A DNA stretch of 64,000 bases from an uncultured Gemmatimonadales bacterium (GTDB lineage: Bacteria; Gemmatimonadota; Gemmatimonadetes; Gemmatimonadales; GWC2-71-9), in NCBI GenBank assembly GCA_963730185.1, contig CAVSQW010000015.1:128001-192000 (forward strand), written 5' to 3'. Positions 57,275 through 64,000 of the stretch are shown here, one piece after another (position 1 is the stretch's first letter; every line of letters starts with the position of its first letter). The notes beneath the pieces are model-generated. The model saw only the letters and a list, made by a program, of their open reading frames with translations, was not told the DNA's origin and made no database searches. Both the position numbers and the translations under genes were made by a program.

Positions 57275-57327
57275 TAGGGAGTAGGGAGTGGTGAGTAGGG
57301 AGGGAGTAGGGAGTAGGGAGTAGCGAG
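57275..57327 (+). repeat. Heptamer tandem repeat (TAGGGAG)n
   Basis: Five exact TAGGGAG units plus TGGTGAG, TAGCGAG and a partial GGAG. Confidence 0.9.
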
Positions 57328-57483
57328 CGGGGTTGTACCCGCGACCGCGCGGGTGATCGCGGCAGGTACGAGCGGCGCTGGTGCCGCTTGCCTTCACGAG
57401 AGGGCGTGGCCGTCGAGCCGGGTGAGTACTGGTCCTGGACGGTGGCCGGCCGTCGCTCGTGAAGCAACCGAACTGAGGGAGGT

Positions 57484-57910
57484 ATGGCAAAGAAAGTCGT
57501 GGCCATGGTCAAGCTCCAGTGTCCCGCTGGAGCCGCCAATCCGGCGCCGCCGGTCGGCACGGCGCTGGGCCCGCAGGGCGTGAACATCATGGACTTCTGT
57601 AAGCAGTTCAACGCCCGCACCCAGTCGCAGGCCGGGATGGTCATCCCGGTCGTCGTGACGATCTATCAGGATCGCACGTTCACCTTCATCACCAAGACCC
57701 CGCCGGCGGCGAATCTGCTGCTCAAGGAGGCGGGCATCGAGAAGGGCAGCGCCCAGCCCAACCGCACCAAGGTCGGGACGGTCACCGCGCGCCCAGCTCA
57801 AGAAGATCGCCGAGCTCAAGATGGAGGACCTCAACGCGGCGGACGTCAACTCGGCGATGAACATGATCGCCGGGACCGCGCGCTCGATGGGCCTGGAGGT
57901 GGCGGACTGA
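57484..57910 (+). CDS. rplK: 50S ribosomal protein L11 (apparent +1 frameshift near 57788)
   Basis: [22 protein letters not shown]-terminal [10 protein letters not shown]...GTARSMG in another frame. Confidence 0.95.
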
Positions 57911-58599
57911 TGCCGGCGACGGGAAAGAAGTACCAGGCGGCCGTCTCCAAGGTGGATCGGAGCCGGTTCTATCCGTTGGACGAGGCGGTCAAGGCGGTCA
58001 AGGCCGCCGCGTTCGCCAAGTTCAACGAGACCGTGGACGTGGCGGTCCGGCTCGGGGTCGATCCCCGGCATGCCGATCAAGTGGTCCGGGGCACGGTGGT
58101 GCTCCCCCACGGGACCGGGAAGTCGGTGCGGGTGTTGGTCATCACTCAGGGCGACCGGGTCAAGGATGCCGAGGCGGCCGGCGCCGACTTCGTGGGGGTC
58201 GAGTACCTCCAGAAGATCAGGGACGGCTGGCTCGATTGCGACGTGATCGTCGCGACCCCGGACGTGATGGGTCAGCTCGGCCCCTTGGGCAAGATCCTCG
58301 GCCCCCGCGGCCTGATGCCCAATCCCAAGGCCGGCACGGTCACGCCGGACGTGAGCCGCGCCGTTCGCGAGATCAAGGCCGGTAAGATCGAGTTCCGGGT
58401 CGACAAGACTGGCAACGTCCACGCGCCGATCGGCAAGATCTCTTTCAGCGAGCAGCAGCTGGAGGAGAACCTCGCGGCGTTCATGGACAGCATCGTGAAG
58501 GCTCGGCCGGCCGCGGCCAAGGGTATCTACCTCGAAGCGGCGACGGTCTCGAGCACCATGGGGCCGGGCGTCCGGCTGGAATTGGCGGGGTACCGATGA
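57910..58599 (+). CDS. rplA: 50S ribosomal protein L1
   Basis: [29 protein letters not shown]. Confidence 0.97.
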   Translation: MPATGKKYQAAVSKVDRSRFYPLDEAVKAVKAAAFAKFNETVDVAVRLGVDPRHADQVVRGTVVLPHGTGKSVRVLVITQGDRVKDAEAAGADFVGVEYLQKIRDGWLDCDVIVATPDVMGQLGPLGKILGPRGLMPNPKAGTVTPDVSRAVREIKAGKIEFRVDKTGNVHAPIGKISFSEQQLEENLAAFMDSIVKARPAAAKGIYLEAATVSSTMGPGVRLELAGYR

Positions 58600-59096
58600 G
58601 CAAAGCCGAACGGCAGGCGAAGGTTGAGGCCCTGACCGAGCAGATCAAGGGCTTCCCGAACCTCTACGTGACCGACTTCGCGGGGCTCAACGTCGCCAAG
58701 ATCACCGATCTGCGGCGGCAGCTCCGGCAGGCGGGGGCGCGCTACGTGGTCGTGAAGAATACGCTGGCTCGTCAGGCGCTCGCGGCCAACGCGATCGGCG
58801 GGCTCGACGAGCATCTGGCCGGCCCGACCGGGCTGGTGCTGGTGGGCGACGATCCGCTGCCCGCCGCCAAGGTGCTGGGCGATTTTGCCAAGGTGCACCA
58901 GCTCCCATCGATCAAGGCGGGCCGGATCGACGGGCAGGCCGTGGAGCCCTCGTATGTGCAGCGGCTCGGTGCCCTGCCGCCCCGGGATGTGCTCCTGGGC
59001 CAGGTGCTGGGCTGCTTGAATGGCGTGCTGTACCAGGTGGTCGGTGCGCTCGAGGCGCTCAAGACCAAGCGCGAAACCGAAGCCTCGGCTTCTTGA
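58596..59096 (+). CDS. rplJ: 50S ribosomal protein L10
   Basis: DFAGLNV...LR, VVKNTL, LAGPT. Confidence 0.95.
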   Translation: MSKAERQAKVEALTEQIKGFPNLYVTDFAGLNVAKITDLRRQLRQAGARYVVVKNTLARQALAANAIGGLDEHLAGPTGLVLVGDDPLPAAKVLGDFAKVHQLPSIKAGRIDGQAVEPSYVQRLGALPPRDVLLGQVLGCLNGVLYQVVGALEALKTKRETEASAS

Positions 59097-59122
59097 TCAA
59101 CGAGCAGGAAGGGACAAAACGC

Positions 59123-59497
59123 ATGTCGACTCTGACGAACGAGCAGATTCTCGAAGCCATCGGCGGCAAGACGGTGCTGGAGCTGTCCGAGCTGATCGAG
59201 GCCTTCAAGGACAAGTTCAACGTGGCGGTCGTGGCTGCGGCCGGACCGGCGGCGGGGGCCGCGGCCCCGGTGGCTGAGGAGCAGACCGAATTCGAGGTCG
59301 TGCTCAAGGAAGGCGGGGCCAAGAAGATCCAGGTCATCAAGGTCGTCCGCGAGCTCATTTCCGGGCTCGGACTCAAGGAGGCCAAGGAGATCGTGGACTC
59401 GGCGCCGAAGACCATCAAGGAGGGCGCCTCCAAGGCTGAGGCCGAGGAGATCAAGAGGAAGCTCGAAGAGCAGGGTGCGGTCGTCGAGCTGAAGTAG
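59123..59497 (+). CDS. rplL: 50S ribosomal protein L7/L12
   Basis: [26 protein letters not shown]. Confidence 0.97.
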   Translation: MSTLTNEQILEAIGGKTVLELSELIEAFKDKFNVAVVAAAGPAAGAAAPVAEEQTEFEVVLKEGGAKKIQVIKVVRELISGLGLKEAKEIVDSAPKTIKEGASKAEAEEIKRKLEEQGAVVELK

Positions 59498-59753
59498 CCC
59501 GGCGGGTTCCGGCCCGGGCGTCATGGTGACGTTCGGGCCCCCCCAACGGCGACTTCAGTGAGGCGGCATGCACCAACGGCCGAGCGACCTCGACAACCGT
59601 TTGTCTCGAACTCCCCGCGGGAGCCACCCGTCCTGGCGACGGCTGGCGTCCGCGGTGGGGTGCTTTTGTGCTGGTATGCGTGATCCGGGTCCCGATGCCT
59701 TCCCGGGCGGCGTTGGCGCCGTCCGCTGGGGCACAGTAGAGAGAGTGTGAACG

Positions 59754-62700
59754 ATGCCCGAAACCCGACCTCAGATTTCGTTTTCGAAGCGCGAAGGCGC
59801 GATGCCGATGCCCCACCTTCTGGATATCCAGACTCGGGCATTCGACGCGCTGCTGGAGCCCGACGACGTCGAGGGTGACCGCCAGGACGTGTCGCTGGAG
59901 CGCGTGTTCCGCGACCTGTTCCCGATCTCCGACGTCAACGGCAAGTACGAGCTCGACTTCAAGAGCTACTCGCTGGGCGAGCCGAAGTACTCCGTCGAGG
60001 AGTGCATCGAGCGCGACATGACCTACGCCACGCCGCTCAAGGCCAAGCTGGCCCTGAACGTGTTCGAGGACGTGGACGGCCAGCGTCGGCTCAAGAACCA
60101 GATCGAGCGCGAGGTCTACCTCGGCGAACTGCCGATCATGACCCGGCTGGGCACCTTCGTCATCAACGGGGCCGAGCGGGTGGTGGTCAGCCAGCTTCAT
60201 CGGTCGCCGGGCGTGGTCTTCGAAGAGGAGACCCACCCCAACGGGCAGCGGCTCTTCTCGGCCCGGATCATCCCGTTCCGGGGCTCGTGGGTGGAGTTCA
60301 CGATCGACATTCACGACGTGATCTACGTCCACATCGACAAGAAGAAGAAGTTCCCGGCCACGGCCCTGCTGCGGGCCTTCGGCTATGGGGGCAATGCCGA
60401 CATCCTCAAGCTCTTCTTCGCGACCAAGCAGCTCTCGATCGCGGGCAAGCTCGAGGGCCGGCAGGAGCGCCGCGAGGTGCTGGGCTCGCTCCTGGCCGCC
60501 GAGGTGCCCAATCCGGAGGAGCCGGATGGCGATCCGCTCGGCAGCCTGGGCGAGGAGCTCACCGTCGACCGCCTGAACGCGATGCGGCACGTGGGGGTCA
60601 AGTCGGTGACGGTGTTCGCGGGCTACACCACCCTCGACCTCCGCGACGATGACCAGCCCACGACCACCCGGGATCGGCAGGTGCCGGTCCTGGCCTTCGA
60701 CGTGGCCGATCCCGGCACCGGCGAGGTGGTGGCGGAGGCCGGGCAACAGCTCACCGACACCCGCCGGAAGAAGCTGCTGGCCGCCGAGGTGGTGAAGGTC
60801 GACGTGTTGCTGCCCGCGGGGCGCTCCGAGTCGGCCCTGATCAAGAACACCCTGGTCAAGGACCCCACCGCGTCCGAGTCCGAGGCGTTGCAGCAGATCT
60901 ACTCCCTGCTCCGTCCCGGCGACGCGCCCAACCTGGAGACCGCCCGGGCCCAGCTCCAGCGGCTCTTCTTCAACCCCAAGCGGTACGACCTGGGGCGGGT
61001 GGGCCGGTACAAGATCAATCACCGGCTGGGGCTCAAGCTCGATCAGAACAACACCGTTCTGACCGAAGAGGACTTCGTCGCGATCATCCGCTACCTGATC
61101 GACCTCCACGACGGGCGCGGGCACACCGACGACATCGATCATCTCGGCAACCGCCGGATCCGGTCGGTGGGCGAGCTGATCGCCAACCAGTTTTCGGTCG
61201 GCCTGTCCCGGATGGCGCGGCTGGTCAAGGAGCGGATGAGCATCAACTCCGACCCGGAGAAGATCTCGCTCGACGATCTGGTCAACGCCCGGACCGTGAG
61301 CGCCGTGATCCAGGCGTTCTTCGGCTCCTCGCAGCTGAGCCAGTTCATGGACCAGACCAACCCGCTGGCCGAGCTGACCAACAAGCGCCGGCTCTCGGCC
61401 CTGGGACCGGGCGGCTTGACCCGGGAGCGGGCCGGCTTCGAAGTCCGGGACGTGCATTACTCCCAGTACGGGCGGATGTGCCCGATCGAGACGCCGGAAG
61501 GTCCGAACATCGGCCTGATCACCAGTCTCGCGACCTTCGCCCGGATCAACGAGCTGGGCTTCATCGAGACACCCTACCGGCTGGTCAAGGGCGGGCGGGT
61601 GACCGACGAGATCCGGTGGCTCTCGGCCAGTGAGGAAGAGGGCTACGCCGTGGCCCAGGCCAACGCGGTGGTCGACCCGGACGGCAAGCTGGTCGAGAGC
61701 CTGGTGCTCTGCCGCCGGGGCGACGACTACCCGCTGCTGGCGCCCTCGCGGATCGATTACATGGACGTGGGGCCGGAGCAGCTGGTGTCGATTGCCGCCG
61801 CGCTGATCCCGTTCCTGGAGCACGACGACGCCAACCGGGCCCTGATGGGCTCGAACATGCAGCGGCAGGCGGTCCCGCTCCTCTTCCCCGACGCCCCGAC
61901 CGTGGGCACCGGGCTCGAGGAGAAGGTGGCCCGCGACTCGGGCGCCGTGATCGTGGCCCGGCGGGCCGGGATCGCCACCCGGGTCACCGCCGACGAGATC
62001 ATCATCGACGCCGGCTCGGTCGGGGTCGGCGATCAGCCGCTGGCGCGGCTGGCCCAGGTGGACCGCTACCGGGTCAAGAAGTTCTGGCGGACCAATCAGG
62101 ACACCGCGATCAACCAGCGGCCCCTGGTCCAGGTGGGCGATCAGATCGGTGCCGGGCAGATCATCGCCGATGGCGCCGCGACCGAGGAAGGTGAGCTGGC
62201 CCTGGGCGCGAACGTCACCGTGGCGTTCATGCCCTGGTACGGACACAACTTCGAGGACGCGATCGTCCTGTCCGAGCGGCTGGTCAAGGACGACGTCTAC
62301 TCGTCGATCCACATCCAGGAGCTCGAGCTCCACGTCCGTGACACCAAACGCGGCCAGGAGGAGATCACCCGCGAGATTCCCAACGTCTCCGACGAGGCCC
62401 TGGTCGATCTCGACGAGCGGGGCATCATCCGGATCGGCGCCCACGTGAAGCCGGGCGACATCCTGGTCGGCAAGATCACGCCGAAGGGCGAGACCGAGCT
62501 TTCGCCGGAAGAGAAGCTGCTGACGGCGATCTTCGGCGAGAAGGCCAAGGACGTGAAAGACTCGTCGCTCAAGGTGCCGCCGGGCATGAAGGGCACCGTG
62601 ATCGACGTCAAGATCTTCAGCCGGGTCGAAGACCAGGTGGTCGAGAAGGATCGCGGCGAGCGGATCGGCGAGGTTCGCCGGCTCGAGCACGAAGAGAAGT

Positions 62701-64000
62701 CGCGGATCAACGAGGTGATGGTCGAGGAGCTCCGCGAGCTCCTGTCGGGTCAGGAGGTGGCCTTGATGCTGAAGGCGGGCACCGTGGAGGAGTTCCTCCC
62801 GGCCGGCACCAAGCTCGGCAAGGACACCCTGGGCTCGATTGAGCTGACCGAGGTGGACCTCAAGACCCTCCGGCTGGCCAACAAGGCGGCCAACGAGCGG
62901 GTCCGGCTCACCATCGACGCGGCCGCCTCCGAGCGCGCTCGGGTCGAGGAGAAGGCCGAGGATCAGATCGACAAGATCCTCCAGCCCGACGAGCTGCCGC
63001 CCGGCGTGATCCAGCTGGTCAAGGTGTACCTGGGCGAGAAGCGGAAGGTCGCGGTCGGCGACAAGATGGCCGGCCGGCACGGCAACAAGGGGATCGTGGC
63101 CCGGGTGGTGCCGGAGGAGGACATGCCGTTCCTCCCCGACGGCAGCCCCGTCGACATCGTCCTCAACCCGCTCGGCGTGCCAAGCCGAATGAACGTCGGC
63201 CAGATCCTGGAGACCCACCTCGGGTGGTGCTCCACCATTCTGGGCTTCAAGGCCAAGACCCCGGTGTTCCGGGGCGCCGACGAGGGCGAGATCGGACTCC
63301 TCCTGCGGCTGGCCGGCCTGCAGTGGGCGGGTGAGTCCCTCCACCTGACCCGGCAGGCGCCCTCGCCCGACGTGGGTGGGGTGGCGGCGCTGGTGGCCGA
63401 CCTCAAGCGGATCGGGGTCGAGAACAAGCTCCTGGCCGACGCCGGGATTTCGGACCTGGCCAGCGACAAGGCGTCGAGTGCCACCAAGAAGCTCTACGAG
63501 CAGCTCAAGGCTTACGTCATCGCGGCGGCCGAAGAGCTGGCGGCACGCGAGTTGGCCCAGCATCAGCAGGAGGTGGTCTACCACCAGGCCCAGCTCGCCG
63601 ACGCCGAAGGCGCCCGCAAGAAGGAGATCGAGAAGGCGCTCAAGGCGGCCGAGGCCGATGCCGGCAAGTCGCCGGATGCCCTGCTCGAGCTGGCCGGCCG
63701 GCCGCAGCTGGGCCGGGTGCTGGTCGGCAAGCCCGACCCCGAGCAGGTCCGCGCCGCGGCCGATGCCCTGATCCGCGCGGCCGGGCTCACGCCCGGCGGC
63801 AAGGTCCGGCTCCGCGACGGGCGGACCGGTCAGCCGTTCGACAGCGACGTGACGGTCGGGACCATCTACATGCTCAAGCTGAGCCACTTGGTCGATGACA
63901 AGATCCACGCCCGCTCGATCGGTCCGTACTCGCTGGTGACGCAGCAGCCGCTGGCCGGTAAGGCCCAGTTCGGCGGGCAGCGGTTCGGCGAGATGGAGGT
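59754..64000 (+). CDS. rpoB: RNA polymerase beta subunit; runs off the right edge
   Basis: Manual translation: GTFVINGAERVVVSQLHRSPG, SQFMDQTNP, CPIETPEGPNIGL, GDKMAGRHGNKG, GGQRFGEME; same frame at both ends. Confidence 0.98.
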   Translation, partial: MPETRPQISFSKREGAMPMPHLLDIQTRAFDALLEPDDVEGDRQDVSLERVFRDLFPISDVNGKYELDFKSYSLGEPKYSVEECIERDMTYATPLKAKLALNVFEDVDGQRRLKNQIEREVYLGELPIMTRLGTFVINGAERVVVSQLHRSPGVVFEEETHPNGQRLFSARIIPFRGSWVEFTIDIHDVIYVHIDKKKKFPATALLRAFGYGGNADILKLFFATKQLSIAGKLEGRQERREVLGSLLAAEVPNPEEPDGDPLGSLGEELTVDRLNAMRHVGVKSVTVFAGYTTLDLRDDDQPTTTRDRQVPVLAFDVADPGTGEVVAEAGQQLTDTRRKKLLAAEVVKVDVLLPAGRSESALIKNTLVKDPTASESEALQQIYSLLRPGDAPNLETARAQLQRLFFNPKRYDLGRVGRYKINHRLGLKLDQNNTVLTEEDFVAIIRYLIDLHDGRGHTDDIDHLGNRRIRSVGELIANQFSVGLSRMARLVKERMSINSDPEKISLDDLVNARTVSAVIQAFFGSSQLSQFMDQTNPLAELTNKRRLSALGPGGLTRERAGFEVRDVHYSQYGRMCPIETPEGPNIGLITSLATFARINELGFIETPYRLVKGGRVTDEIRWLSASEEEGYAVAQANAVVDPDGKLVESLVLCRRGDDYPLLAPSRIDYMDVGPEQLVSIAAALIPFLEHDDANRALMGSNMQRQAVPLLFPDAPTVGTGLEEKVARDSGAVIVARRAGIATRVTADEIIIDAGSVGVGDQPLARLAQVDRYRVKKFWRTNQDTAINQRPLVQVGDQIGAGQIIADGAATEEGELALGANVTVAFMPWYGHNFEDAIVLSERLVKDDVYSSIHIQELELHVRDTKRGQEEITREIPNVSDEALVDLDERGIIRIGAHVKPGDILVGKITPKGETELSPEEKLLTAIFGEKAKDVKDSSLKVPPGMKGTVIDVKIFSRVEDQVVEKDRGERIGEVRRLEHEEKSRINEVMVEELRELLSGQEVALMLKAGTVEEFLPAGTKLGKDTLGSIELTEVDLKTLRLANKAANERVRLTIDAAASERARVEEKAEDQIDKILQPDELPPGVIQLVKVYLGEKRKVAVGDKMAGRHGNKGIVARVVPEEDMPFLPDGSPVDIVLNPLGVPSRMNVGQILETHLGWCSTILGFKAKTPVFRGADEGEIGLLLRLAGLQWAGESLHLTRQAPSPDVGGVAALVADLKRIGVENKLLADAGISDLASDKASSATKKLYEQLKAYVIAAAEELAARELAQHQQEVVYHQAQLADAEGARKKEIEKALKAAEADAGKSPDALLELAGRPQLGRVLVGKPDPEQVRAAADALIRAAGLTPGGKVRLRDGRTGQPFDSDVTVGTIYMLKLSHLVDDKIHARSIGPYSLVTQQPLAGKAQFGGQRFGEME

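Noticed and set aside
59451..63908. 1485-aa minus-strand ORF, and many similar long antisense or alternate-frame ORFs
   Set aside because: Shadow of rpoB; high-GC codon bias removes stops on the opposite strand.

Overview
High-GC bacterial chromosome segment, probably Gemmatimonadota (inferred from the EF-Tu and RpoB sequence variants, not verified). It has three blocks. (1) At 3.1-6.4 kb, an operon of six tandem, mostly translationally coupled small membrane/coiled-coil paralogs sharing an E-E-R-[LVM]-D-F-x-E-R-L-L motif, followed by a CesT/YbjN-like gene and pspA (bacterial ESCRT-III), behind an ECF-type promoter. (2) At 9-54 kb, a microoxia/dormancy region: cbb3 oxidase operon, five USPs, Acg-like nitroreductase, two CBS proteins, Hsp20, an aeRF1-like (Balon-like) factor, an HPF-CSD fusion, glgA and ppsA. 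About 18 of its promoters share 11-bp-periodic (C/G)TTCA direct repeats at a fixed distance from a -10 hexamer. The likely regulator is a local two-component pair joining a DosS-like heme GAF kinase to an OmpR-family regulator; one of these promoters drives a candidate sRNA. An ArsR-RND efflux operon, mscS and cysS are interspersed. (3) At 54.5-64 kb, the core cluster of four tRNAs, tuf, rpmG, secE, nusG, rplKAJL and rpoB. Single-base frameshifts, mostly in homopolymers and several in essential genes, point to sequencing errors. All family assignments come from motif recognition by eye; no searches were run.
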